Assembly (NCBI GenBank): GCA_951406725.2
Contig: OX597815.1
Location: 43,462,001-43,526,000 of the forward strand
Length of the DNA stretch: 64,000 nucleotides
Direction: 5' to 3'
Source: Octopus vulgaris
Taxonomy: Eukaryota
Shown: piece by piece, positions 1-12,179 of the stretch
Numbering within the stretch: the first letter of the stretch is position 1
Layout: the number at the start of each line of letters is the position of its first letter
Translations under genes and position numbers: made by a program
Notes under the pieces: generated by a model
Told to the model about the DNA's origin: nothing
The model's input: only the letters and a program-made list of their open reading frames with translations
The model's database searches: none

Positions 1-57
1 TATGTATGTATGTATGTATGTATGTATGTATGTATGTATGTATGTATGTATGTATGT
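1..57. repeat. (TATG)n microsatellite
   Basis: Perfect TATG tandem run from the window start. Confidence 0.97.
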
Positions 58-751
58 CCTGGGTATGACTTCAACTGCATCTGGTAGTGGGGCCTTGGTT
101 CGGGAGTTCCAGAGTTTTTGAGATGTGTGCTATCACCCCTTAACTACTACAGTTTTCCGGAGCGATAGCACCGGTCAAGGTTACAGCCAAGGGATAACAA
201 CCAAATGTAATGATAATCCATTTGAACGCAGGAACGCATACATACCCTTGATTAGTTTCAGGGTGTGCAGTAAAGCCATCAAGAGTGAGGGACTCCTAGC
301 TGTTGTCACAATGTCATTCTAGGTGAGGGACACTCTAATGTAAAACTCACGGTTTCACGTGATTAATAGTCATAACATTCCGGCCTGTCACTAGATACAA
401 ATCACAGACGCTCAGGGAGTTGTACTCGTGTTATACAAGCGTTTATCACTATAATCTAATGACGTACATCTGTACGTCATTGGTAACCTCATTTAGGGTA
501 ATCTCATTTGTCATCTCGTCAACTGAAAATCCTATGGCAATGGAACAATGGCGACGGTGTGAAGAGTTAAGCAGTTGGAAGCACGCAGTGAGTTACGACT
601 TTCCTCTGTCACCACCTATGTTACACACTCTGCAGATCTGCAACGGAGCCACATTGTCATCTGAGAAATCATGGACGGAAAGTAAGGAGTGCCATTGACA
701 ACGCGAGATCACAAGGAGACGGCAATCCTATGCGAAAATGAAGCAATCACC

Positions 752-1010
752 ATGTATGTATGCATGCATGTATGTATGTATGTATGTATGTATGTATGTA
801 TGTATGCATGTATGTATGTATGTATGTATGTATGTATGTATGTATGTATGGATGTATGTATGTATGTATGTATGTATGGATGGATGGATGGATGGATGGA
901 TTGATGGATGGATGGATGGATGGATGGATAGTTGGATGAATGTATGCATGCGCGTTTATGTTTGTGTATGTATGTATGTTTATGTGTGTGTTGTTTGTGT
1001 GTGTGTGTGG
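752..1010. repeat. Compound (TATG)n/(GATG)n/(TG)n microsatellite
   Basis: Directly visible; it generates the MYVC/HTYI pseudo-ORFs. Confidence 0.95.
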
Positions 1011-1013
1011 TAA

Positions 1014-1245
1014 GAGGCGCTATCATGACTGCGTAGCAAGAAGTTTGTTTCCCAACCACATGGTTCTGGGTTCAGTCGCACTACGCGACACCTTGAGCGA
1101 GTGCCTTCCACTAAAGCGTCGGGCCGAGCAAGAGGATTTGGTAGTGAAAAAAAGCCTGTTGTGAGTGGGAAAGAAGACGTTGTATGTTCGTGCGTGTATG
1201 AGTGGGTGTGTGTGTGTCTGTGTGCCTTTGTGATGTGCCTGTATC

Positions 1246-1297
<52 letters not shown>

Positions 1298-1392
1298 TAC
1301 CTTTGTGTCTGTTTTTGTCCCTCACAACCACTTGAAAACTGGTGTTGATGTGTTTACATTCCCACTTCAGCAAAAGAGACCGATAATAAAAA
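1014..1392 (+). mobile_element. tRNA-derived SINE family A, degenerate copy
   Basis: Head CCCAACCACATGGTTCTGGGTTCAGTC (B-box-like), internal (TG)n and tail AAAAGAGACCGATA are shared with more than 15 copies in the window. Confidence 0.8.
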
Positions 1393-1588
1393 ACAATCAT
1401 TTCGTCTGTCTTTATGTTCAGAGTTTAATTTCCACCGAAGTCGACTTTGCCTTTCATCCTTTCGAGGTCGATAAAATAAGTAGCAGTTGAGCTCTAGAGT
1501 CGATATAATCGATTTATTCCCTCTTCCAAAATCCCGGGCCTTGTGTCAAAATTTGAGACGAATATTTAGTTAGAGTCATATTATTTTG

Positions 1589-3040
1589 CACTGAACCGTA
1601 AAAGAAACGCGATTTTTTCAAATGTCATTTTTGCAAGAGTAAATATTCAAAGACATGCTGGTTTATGGCTGAGACCCAAACAGCAGGTAACCTTTCAACT
1701 TTCCTGAAACGAGACGCCAAAACGCAGCTGCATTGAATGCCACGGGTGGCCGTCGCAAACCATTGTCATGAAAACCGAAATACACGTGCTTCTTGTAGGT
1801 ATAAAAATCTACTTGAACCGCGTTCCTGGCATCCGTAATTTGGCCGCATCAGGTATGACCCGATTGTCAGCAGCGCAGAGAGAACAAAATACCGGCCGAT
1901 TGCAAGCAGGGTAGCGTGCCCTGGTTGTTGCGAAAATTTACAATGTCCATGTCAGCACCATATATCGCTTGCAACAGCGATTCAATAACAGCAACAGCAC
2001 TGCAGACTGTGCCCGCAGAGGGCGCCCCCGAGTGACCACGCTTAGGCAGGATCGCTTCATCCACACATCCACCTGCAACACCTCTGTAATCGCTTCAGAC
2101 CGGCCAGCGTGATAGCTCGCGAGACCATTGGCACTGGATAGCGACCCGTCAGCGACGACACGGTACGACGTCGACTGGCCGCCAACAACCTGCGTTGCCG
2201 CCGTCCTGCTCGAGGGCCTGTCCTCACCACCTGCAGTCAGGCACGATTACAGTGGGCTACACAGCACCGACATTGGCGGCATCAACAATGGAGGTCGATA
2301 GTCTTCTCTGATAAAAGCCAGTACTGCGTTTCCACCTTGGATGGAAGTCTGAGGGTGTGGCACTGGAGGGGTGAACGCTACAGAGATGCATGTGCTATGG
2401 AGAGAGACGCGTGGGATGGCCAAAGCATCATGGTTCGGGGTGCTATAGGCCTGACTCAGAGAATTGGGCCCCATGTGTTCCAAAACTTAGTGCAGGCAGA
2501 GAGAATGGCATCACAGCGCAGTGCTAGGTTGACTAGATTCTAAGACCTCAGATCATGCCCTTCTTCACACCTCACCATTGCCATGTGTTTCTGTAGGACA
2601 ATGCCCCCTCCCAAACGTGCAGAGCCCCTATGGACTTTCTACGTCAGCACAACATCAGAACCATGCCGTGGCCGGCTCTCAGCCCGGGTTTGAACCCAAT
2701 TGAACTCCCATGGGCTGATGCAGGTTGTCCCAGAACCGACAACTCGTGTGGATCTGGGGGCAGATGGGCAAGGTGCCAATGGCTCTTGTGAACCGCTTCA
2801 AGGTGTATGACCATTTTTAACACCCAGGGAGAGCATACACGGTATTTAACATATCACACCCTACAATCTCGATGTACTGGGTCCATCCACTACCAGAACA
2901 CATGACAACAACCCATAGTCGGTGGTCAAAGTGCATCCAAGAAATTGACTTTATCAGATTTATCAAAATTCCTCTCTGACATAATGAAATTAAAGCATAT
3001 TTCAGTCACACACGTCTCGCGTTTCTTTTGCGGTTCAGTG
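1589..3040 (+). mobile_element. Tc1-like DNA transposon, full length with both TIRs
   Basis: 24-bp TIRs: CACTGAACCGTAAAAGAAACGCGA (1589-1612) and TCGCGTTTCTTTTGCGGTTCAGTG (3017-3040), 1 mismatch. TA follows the right end; TG precedes the left end. Confidence 0.93.
1855..2849 (+). pseudogene. Tc1 DD34E-type transposase, disrupted
   Basis: Hand translation gives MTRLSAAQRE...GRPRVTTLRQDRFI, VFSDKS, L*DNAP, WPALSPGLNPIE and GEHTRY, with stops and frameshifts. Confidence 0.9.
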
Positions 3041-3194
3041 TATATACGCTACTGTTTTTGAGAAAATATAACGTCTTTTTCATTTACCTTCCGCTATAAT
3101 ATAGAAAATAAGAACAAATCACCATCTCACATTGTTTTTAGAAATAGTAAGCAATACGTTGGTTCATGTGTTCCTTTGCATATTTATATGTATG

Positions 3195-3583
3195 TGTGTG
3201 GTAAGAAGTTTGTTCTTCAACGACACGATTCCGGGTTCAATCTCCCTGCGTGGCCTCTTGGGTAAGTGTCTCCTACTATAGCTTTAGGCCGAACCAATCT
3301 TTGTGAGTAGATTTGGTAGAAGGGAAACTAAAAGAAGTCCATCGTGTATGCATATGTCTGGATATGTGTGTGTGTGCGTGCGCGTATTTTTGTGTTTGTT
3401 TTTTCCTATCACAACTTGACAACCGGCGTTTGTGTGTTTACGTGCCCGCGCCCGTAACCTAGCGGTTCGTCAAAAAGAAAACGATAGATCAAGTACGAGG
3501 CTTTGAAAAATAAGTAGTGGGGTAATCGTTCGACTAGAACTCTTCAAGGCATGGCCGAAGTCTAATGATTGGAACAAGTAAAA

Positions 3584-3585
<2 letters not shown>
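3195..3585 (+). mobile_element. SINE family A copy
   Basis: GTGTGGTAAGAAG head, GATTTGGTAGAAGGGAAACT core and CATGGCCG...AACAAGTAAAAGA tail. Confidence 0.82.
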
Positions 3586-3626
<41 letters not shown>

Positions 3627-4559
3627 TTACACCTGACATTGGTATTATGCTTCAGCTTTATTCGTAACATATTTTAATATTTGCTTTCCTTTTGCTTTGT
3701 TTTTGCTTTGTGTTTTTTTTTTTCCTTTAGTCCACAGGTGACGCAAAGTTTTAGACCTTCAGTAACCAGGCCTTTGTATCTCTCATGATGCTTTTGACCA
3801 AATTAGTGTTTACAACCTTATTGACAATGAGGGATTTAGTTTTCCTGTATCGTTCAGCTGTGAGGAGCCTCCTGTTGCTTTCTGAAAGACGCTTAAGATG
3901 AACAAATAAATTATAGAAAAGGGAGAAAGTAAACAGAACAAGAAAAAACAGAAAAAAAAAAAGAAAATGAAAGGAAAAGAAGCTTAAAGGGAAGGGCGAA
4001 AACAAATAATAAAGAAGACCAATGAAGAAAAAAAGTAATGACACGAAAAAAATAATAATAAAAAGGCAGGGAAGGGAAGGGGAATAAATGAAAGGTAAGC
4101 TTGCATGAGAAATTGATGTGGGGACGAGCAGGCATCTATATAAAAGTTGCAAATGGGAGGGACTGACACAAAGGAAAAAACATGAGATGAAGGAATATTT
4201 CAAAGAGAGATAAATGACGAAGAGAGAATGAGGAAGAGAGAGCGTTGGAGAGGAATATGCTTGTATCAGTCTTTTGTAGTACTCTTATGAAAATAATAGC
4301 GAGTGTGTACTCTTGTAAAATGCGCATGCGTCGCTTGTAGGCGTAGACATGCACACGTGTGTATATGTGTAAGTGCGTGTGCATGCTGTGTCTATACCAA
4401 AATATCTATCCAAGCTTATGGAGAGATGTTGATGCGTTACAGCGTTATTATGTGTTTGGTTAGTTCCACGAAAGCTAACTATAAGAAATATATTCCACAG
4501 TTTATATTAGATGTATGTATATGTAAATTAACGCACATGCATACACTAACAATGCTTTT

Positions 4560-4835
4560 GGGTTGACATGAACCTTTGGCGAAGAGAACAAAGAGGCGTA
4601 AGAGAGGAATAAACGTAAGTACCAGGAGTTCGAGGCGGACTACCGCAAGAACGAGTGAGGACCGAAGTTTTTTTTGCCAGTTGTAGCTGGCAACTGAAGC
4701 TTAGTAGATCATACCCTGTGCAAGGTCTGTAGAACCCTGAACCCTGGGCAATACAGCAATGACAAAAAGATCCACGTAAAGACCAATGAGAAACCATCTG
4801 GGTGTCTTTGGCGGAAAAGAGGTGATGAGTGGGGC
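4560..4835 (+). mobile_element. HERO-like RLE non-LTR retrotransposon C-terminal relic
   Basis: Translates EENKEA*ERNKRKYQEFEADYRKNE* ... CLWRKRGDEW, matching the EEAxERKxxKYxxL...WLWxKR end of HERO-clade ORFs. Confidence 0.6.
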
Positions 4836-5314
4836 CTGTAAAGTGCCGTTTGTGTTCGCGCGTGCGTGTGTGTGTGTGTTTGTGCGCGTGCGCACGTATG
4901 CCACCCACATAGACACATTTATCTCTGGTTCCAAATTCAAGCTATTGACCACATGCACTGTGTTATTTCACACACATATTTAGGCTTGATCAATCTAGGT
5001 CAGGTCGCTTGGATGAGGATGCTTGTGGTAAGAATAAAAACTACCAGTGACTCCAGGATGCAACACTGACGATGTGTCCAAGCATTGCATCTGTAGATGT
5101 ATGTCGAACTAACACACTCTCACACGCTTTCACTCACCCACGTACACATACAGATATAAATAAACGCGCGCGCGCATACGTAGCTTACTGTTCCGTTATT
5201 GGTGTGACTAACAAAAAAGTACTCCACCTAGTGGGAAATAAATATTTAATATACACAACATTTAAACGCAAGCTACTATAAGTTCCATGCTTCTGGTAAT
5301 CCTTTCTCATTTTG

Positions 5315-5495
5315 GAGCAAGGCCAGCAATTTTGATGAGTGGGGAATTAGATTTCATCAATTCCAGGGCTCAACTGGTACTTATTTTATCGAAATCGACG
5401 GGATGAAAGGCAGAATTTGAACTTAGAATGTAAAACCAGAAGAAAAGCTGTAAAGTATTTTGTCCGGCGTTCTAATGACTCGGCCATCTCGCCAC
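5315..5495 (-). mobile_element. tRNA-derived SINE family B, degenerate copy
   Basis: AACTGGTACTTATTTTATCGA...GGATGAAAGGCA...TTGAACT motifs match the other family B copies. Confidence 0.75.
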
Positions 5496-5664
5496 CTGAT
5501 AATACAATGGTCTGACCAGTTTGTATAGCGTGCCATGTATTATCAGAAATAATTGCTTGATGATACACGCACGCAATATATGTTCGCCCGATCATTGTAT
5601 TGTCAGAGGCATAAAACTTACAGTAGCTCGCATTTAAATCCTGTGTATATGTACATACATACAT

Positions 5665-5870
5665 CTTTTATCTTTTGTTTGTTTCAGTCATTACACTGCG
5701 GACATTCTGGGGCACCGTCTTGAATTTTAAGTCGAATGAATCGATCCCACTACTGATTTTTTAAGCCTGGTACTTATTTCATCGGTGTCTTTTGCTGAAC
5801 CGCTAGATTACGGGATGCAAACACACCAACAGCGGTGGTGGTGAGACAAACACAGACAGAAACGCGGGGA
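5665..5870 (-). mobile_element. SINE family A, 3' half
   Basis: TTTCAGTCATT...GGCACCG...TTTTGCTGAACCGCTAG tail motifs. Confidence 0.75.
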
Positions 5871-5996
5871 CACACACACACATACACACACATATATATA
5901 CATATATATATACATATATAACATATATATATATAAATGAAAGAATGAATAAATGAAAGAATGGAGTCGAACGACGATCTTAACAAAATTCCTTTA

Positions 5997-6080
5997 CTCT
6001 CGACATATGTTTCGAAGACTGCATATTCTTAATTCCGAATGAATAAAGGCTGCATTATGCCACCTTCTCATCAGGAAAGA
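5997..6080 (-). ncRNA. Type I hammerhead ribozyme (PLE-type, minimal stem III)
   Basis: The minus strand reads UCUUUC-CUGAUGA-GAAG..(stem II)..CUUC-GAAA-C-AUAU-GUC-GAGAG. All core nucleotides are present, with stems I and II and a palindromic ACAUAUGU stem III. Confidence 0.72.
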
Positions 6081-6173
6081 CAATGAACCTATGTCAGCAT
6101 CATGACGAACAAAAACTTTTAGATGTCTGCCCACATGGTGTCCACAGTGATAATGTGATTATCACTGTGGACA

Positions 6174-6245
<72 letters not shown>

Positions 6246-6789
6246 CATGAAATCCCTTATAATGAAACAACTTGTGTGTAATCTATGCATAGAGAGGGCT
6301 TCACAGGTTTAAGATACGTATTTGTGTGTGTGTGTGTGTGTATGTGTGTGTGTGTGTGTGCATGCGTGTGCGCTTATGAATTTGTATCTGTGAGAGTAAA
6401 TGTATTATGTATGTATGTATGTATGTATGTATGTATGTATGTATATATGTATGTATTATGTATGTGGGTGTGCATGTATATGAATACATGTAAATACATA
6501 TAAACAATTAGATATTATGTATGTGTGTGTATATTTGCATGTTTGAACCTATTGTTATGTTATTGAACAATTGACTCCTGGCTCCGGCACAGGTGGTTGA
6601 TATAGAGTTTGTGGATCAGTTTTTGTGTTTGAACATGTAAAGAAGGGAAAGCTAAGGAGGGGAAAGGATAAATATGTTTTACCCACAACGAGAAAAGGAT
6701 TGATGAAAGGGTAAACTGGCGTTAGTACAAAAAGAAGAGTTGAAGATTTAGGTACCCTGTATATGTTTTCAATTACTAATGTGCCTGGC

Positions 6790-7150
6790 TCTCCGTCGGT
6801 TACGACGACGAGTGTTCCACTTGATTTGATGAACAGAACAGCCTATTCGTAAAATTAACGTGCAAGTAGCTGAGCACTCCACAAACACGCGTACCCTTAA
6901 AGTACCCTTAAAGAGATTCAGCGTACTCTTAAAGAGATTCAGCGTACCCTTAAAGAGATTCAGCTTGATACTGAATGTGACAAGGCTGGTCCTTTGAATT
7001 ACATGTACAACTCATTTTTGCCTGCTGAGTGGAACGGAGCAACGTGAAATAAAGTATCTTACTCAAGGACAACGTGAGGCCAGGAATCGAACTCACGACA
7101 TTACGATCGTGAGCCGTATACCCAAAACACTAAGTCCCGTGCCTTCACTT
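6790..7150 (-). mobile_element. tRNA-derived SINE family C (V-domain-like middle, tail T1)
   Basis: CTCCGTCGGTTACGACGA tail, GCTGAGTGGAACGGAGCAACGTGAAATAAAGT middle and GGAATCGAACTCACGAC head. An internal ~21-bp unit is repeated about 3 times at 6900-6965. Confidence 0.83.
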
Positions 7151-7629
7151 TCAGTAGCTATATATCTCAGATTTCACCAGCGCCAGTCATCTGCCGCACT
7201 AGGTCCCAAGCTCAAGTTTTTATCGTCAGTTTCAATAGGTTTCATTAGTACTGCTTGTAGCTTGCATGATGTCCCAAGTTTATTCACGCACGCACACATA
7301 TATACGAAGGCTTCTTTCAGTTTCCGTCAACAAAATCCACTCAGAAGCCTTTGGTCATGCCGAAGCTATAGTAGACTGAATCCTGAATCATGGGGCTGGG
7401 AAGTAAGTTTTTCTAACCCAATGCATACATAAATGCATATAGGTATGCACACATTCATAAGACAAATCAGCTAAGTCATTGGGGCGTCGGACAGAAGACT
7501 ATATCGTATTTCTTCCGGGTCGCTGCATTTTGAATTTAAATCTCAGCGAGTTCAAATGTACCTATTATGCAGCGGTGAGTGGTAAATTCGAAGATTGTTA
7601 GAGGCCCGAATGAGTTGACTTTTGATATA

Positions 7630-8146
7630 CCGTAAATCCTCGAGTTTAATCGGCATTTTTTCCCCAAAATTTAAAGGTCAAAATCCCTAGTGCGTACTAT
7701 ATACGAGGTTAAAAATAAAAATTATTTTCTAAGCAATGTTCAAGTCTCTATTTGCTAACGGGCAATGTTTATTCAGATTTTGTGATGTCGGGCGTGAAAA
7801 TACCTTAAGCTAAGCCTGAAAGCAATGAAGTCATAAAAGAACCATCCATAACTTGCAGTAAGCAACATTTATTAAACGTTATTACTGTTATTACTGTTAT
7901 TTCTTTATTTTCTGAAAACAAAATGCACAAAAAAGCCACACGCTTGCATTATGTTATATATGCAATAATAATAAATGACGTTACCGTATACATTTTTACA
8001 AACCAAGGACGTTATATAGACGTCCTTGACTCAAGTTAGAGAAGGGGTGCGTATTATACACAAGGTTTAGGTTTTTCAGAGGTACAGCCCCCTAAATATC
8101 CCCTGCGTATTATACTCAAGGGCGGATTATACTCAAGGATTTACGG
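7630..8146. mobile_element. pogo/Tigger-type MITE
   Basis: TIRs CCGTAAATCCTCGAGTTTAATCGGC and GCGGATTATACTCAAGGATTTACGG, with TA on both sides and no coding capacity. Confidence 0.85.
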
Positions 8147-9239
8147 TATATCCCTAGCTTTCTGCATTCTCAAAGCAACACTTGTAATATCAATGGTGCT
8201 ACCTTTCCCTTAGGTATAATCGGTTGCTTGCACTTGCTAAAAGAGAGATTTGCATACCTGAGCAACTCTAGGTCATCTGCAATAAAACATTCTCCAGGAT
8301 ACCATTTTAAAGAGGAACTTCACCAAACGGTAAGTCACGGTAAGTGCGGCTACATAACACCTTATTGTGTATTTATATTTACATATATTCCTATATACGA
8401 ACATCCACATACCTACCTACCTACCTACCTACCTACCTACCTACCTACCTACCTACCTACATACATACATACATACATACATACATACATACATACACAC
8501 ATACACATATACAAATATACTCTTACATCTGGACGATGGTCTCTCATACACTCGCACGCATGCATACACACACACATGTACATACATACACACAGACACA
8601 CATTCATACAGTAAAACACGCACACACATCCGTTAGTCTCATGAGATCACACATCTGCATCTGGAAAGTTACGTGTTGGTCTTGTTGGCAGTATAGCATC
8701 TATCGTGACTGATATTAGGTGCAGTCTGGTTGCAGCCACTGCAATTGAAAGCGATGTCCTGGTGCAGGTTTTCAGTCGAATTTGCTTATCTACATCCATA
8801 TATATGTATATGATATGAGTGCGATAAAGATTTTTGTACTTCAAAGAAGTGAGATACATTAATGCTCCTTAATATGAAACAGTAGACAAAGTTCTAGCAT
8901 CTTCCTGAACTCTTTGCATATTGAGCTGGGTTAATCGTATTGTGTTGCAGTATTAGTTATATATGAATACTACACACACACAGACACACACAAACACACA
9001 CACACATATACACACACCCATACACACACACACATACGCACATACATACACACAGACGTACACACACATATTGTCTTGGATACGACTTTACATTGCACTC
9101 GGTCGTGGAGCCGTGGTTCGTGACTTCAAATATGTTGAGGAGCGTGGAGCCACTATTGTTCCCAGATCTACTCTCTCCCGAAGTAGTAGCTCTAACCAGC
9201 GTCCCAGCTGTAGGTTAAGTAACATATTAGTGCTTACTT

Positions 9240-9375
9240 GTGAAGACGCGTGGCGTAGTGGTTAAGATATTCGGTCCACGATCGGAAGGTCGTGAGTTCA
9301 ATTCCCGGCGAGGCCTTGTATCCTTGAGCAACATTTTTTAAATTTCTTACTGCCCCAGTCCACTCAGCTGAAAGA
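9240..9375 (+). mobile_element. SINE family C head, 3'-truncated
   Basis: GCGTGGCGTAGTGGTTAAG A-box, GAGTTCAATTCCCGG B-box, TCCTTGAGCAA and CCAGTCCACTCAGCTG. Confidence 0.75.
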
Positions 9376-10058
9376 GCCAGTCTATTTACTAAGACCAGGG
9401 TAAGGAATATATTGTATGAAACAGAAAACTGCCATGATAACTAAATTAGTTTTACAGATTTGTTGCGATCTGTGAAACTAGGTACGTAGATAGAAAAGTA
9501 AACAATGTAACTGAATATTTTCCTGATACAAATAATATCATAATTTAGAAACTTTGAGAATGTGAAATAATTCTTTTTAGAAACGGTAAATCTGAAAGCA
9601 AACAAGGCATGTAAATTCTATTAGCATGTAAATAATAGCATGTAAGTATTGAATTAAAAACACTTTGGATAGAAAAAATCGAAGGCTGCTTGTGGGACAT
9701 GAACCCACATCTCCAGTAAACCTAACAGGTTTTGTACCATTTCGTTCATTCTCTCAAATACTTTTTTAGTCAAGGGGGAAAGCAGTGCCTATGATCCTTC
9801 ACGTGGCCTTAGTGTGAAAGATGAATATATTTTCAAAACTGAGGTCAGACTTTGATGCTTGTAACAGACATCCCAGACACCTAAGGTGCCGTTGGTAAAC
9901 GCTGCAAAGTATCCGTCCTCGGATTTTCATACAGTTAGTCATTCCACCGTCCTGGTTTGGTGCAATTTTATCGACCCTGAAAAAACGAAAGGCAAACATT
10001 ACGACGACGGGATGTGAACTCAGAGTGCAGATCATCGGTTAAAGATAGTGCAAGGCAA

Positions 10059-11746
10059 TTGGGGATGGGCAAAGCTTACATGGAAACAAATCGTAGATAT
10101 ATTTTCTCAACCATACTGTAAATAATACAACTATACTTTTGATACCTTCGCTAAACTCTCGCCGTGAAATAGCTGAGAAAATACAATCTGTTGATACCGC
10201 AAACTTCAGACAATAAGCTTTGACATTAAGTTAGTATTTCTTCATTGGAGATCGTATTCGACGCTCTAACGTTTCTGCTCATTGGTTGATATAATATTCT
10301 GTCTTTTTCTTTGTGTTTTACTCTCGAAAATGTGTAACACTTTTCTTCGACAGTACTTAACGGAGATGACTAATTTTTTATAGTACTCTACTGATAATGT
10401 AAACAATAACAGCAATAAATAAAGTGGCGGTAAAATTTTAAGAAATATTCAGCCTGTTACACGGCCGTCATACTCCTACAAAATGCATAATTTAAAATAT
10501 TCTTATCTCACATATTTAAAGAAAAATGTCTATATTTCTCTTTTCAGTATCGAACAACATTTTCTTATTGATATGTTATGTCTCTTACTATTTCCTTCAA
10601 ATATTTCAAACGATTTTATTTGATAAGTTTATAGATAATGTCATTTTTTATTGAAGGATATTAACAATACTATAACTGAAGAAGTAAACATTACGATTAA
10701 GGTAAAGATTCTGAACAGCTCAATCGTATCATGTCTTAATTACATCTCCAATATTAAATAGAAGACTAGAAGTATTTTATTTGTCATAACATCAAATTTT
10801 CACTCCTCCTGCTATATAGTACAATTATGCTAACCCAAGGAAAAGTCATATGTTAATTAAACAAAAGCATATGGTACGGCAGAAATAGAAATCACTTAAG
10901 GTATTGAGTTCATTCTGAGTGTAACCCTATTTTCACTACTTGGGAGACACAAAGTTACAATCGATTCAAATAGCTAATTTCAACACATTTACGAATCAAA
11001 TGTTACGCAATATATGAAATTAAAAAGACGAGCTGCGGAAATAGCTGAACAGTAAACCCATTCGCCATTCCTAAATAAATTTGGATTTAACTCATATTAG
11101 GAAATATTAAGTAGTGACATTGGTTCTTGTTATGGTGAGCTGGCAGAGTCGCTATCCCGTCGAAGAAAATTCTTAGCGGCATTTTCCCAGCTTTACGTTT
11201 TGAGTTCAAATTTTGCCGAATCGACTTTATCTTCTTTCCTTTCAGGGTTGATGAAATAGGAACCAACTAAGCTCTGGGATTGTTGTAATCGATTTAATAC
11301 CCTGCTGCAAAAGATGCTGGTCTTTTATCAAAATATGAAGCCATTAAAGTTGACGAGCGGAATTTCTTCTTGCTTTAAGTTCTGGGTTCAAATGTCATCG
11401 GTGTCAACATTACGTTTCATCCTTTCGGGATCGATAAAATTACTAGTTGATAAAGGAATTACCACTAGGGGCGATGTAAAAGAGTAAAACACAAAGAAAA
11501 AGACAGAATATTATATCAACCAATGAGCAGAAACGTTAGAGCGTCGAATACGATCTCCAATGAAGAAATGTTAACTTAATGTCAAAGCTTATTGTCTGAA
11601 GTTTGCGGTATCAACAGATTGTATTTTCTCAGCTATTTCACGGCGGGAGTTTAGCGAAGGTATCAAAAGTATAGTTGTATTATTTACAGTATGGTTGAGA
11701 AAATAAATCTACGATTTGTTTCCATGTAAGCTTTGCCCATCCCCAA
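10059..11746. repeat. 266-bp inverted duplication (10059-10324 / 11481-11746)
   Basis: The arms are reverse complements with 4 mismatches counted by eye; the spacer is ~1.16 kb. Confidence 0.92.
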
Positions 11747-12179
11747 AATTGCTAGCCTTGAGCCAAAATTTGAAGCAGTGATTTTTTTTTTACTATTTAT
11801 TTGCGCATATGTATACACGCACATAGACATGCATACGCATATGCGCACACATTTACACACACACATTGTTTAACAAATAGTATGTAAATGATTTCTCATT
11901 ATATCTCGTTTCTGGGAATATAATATGCTACTTTTTTCAGTTGTCATTCGAAATTTGTTAAGTTTGTCCAGAAATAAGGGGCCATTGGATAAAGAGTATG
12001 TATCCCAAATTTCGATCATCGATAGCAAAGGCATTGTGACTTAGCATCACAGTTAATACATTTCAGTTTACCACAAAGAGAGAGACGGAAAAAGGGAGGG
12101 AAAGAGAGAGAGAGAGAGAGAGAGGGCGAGAGAGAGAGAGAGAGAGATGTCTTTGTGATTTCAGGTGTTAATTCTTTGT

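Noticed and set aside
6900-6965. CRISPR-like short repeats
   Set aside because: Direct tandem units without spacers inside a SINE tail; eukaryotic context and no cas genes.
8647-8790. Possible exon (complex, open on both strands)
   Set aside because: No convincing splice sites and no recognisable domain; more likely a retroelement scrap.
10059-11746. Long-TIR DNA transposon
   Set aside because: No TSD or transposase, and the arms include a broken SINE junction, so a local duplication fits better.
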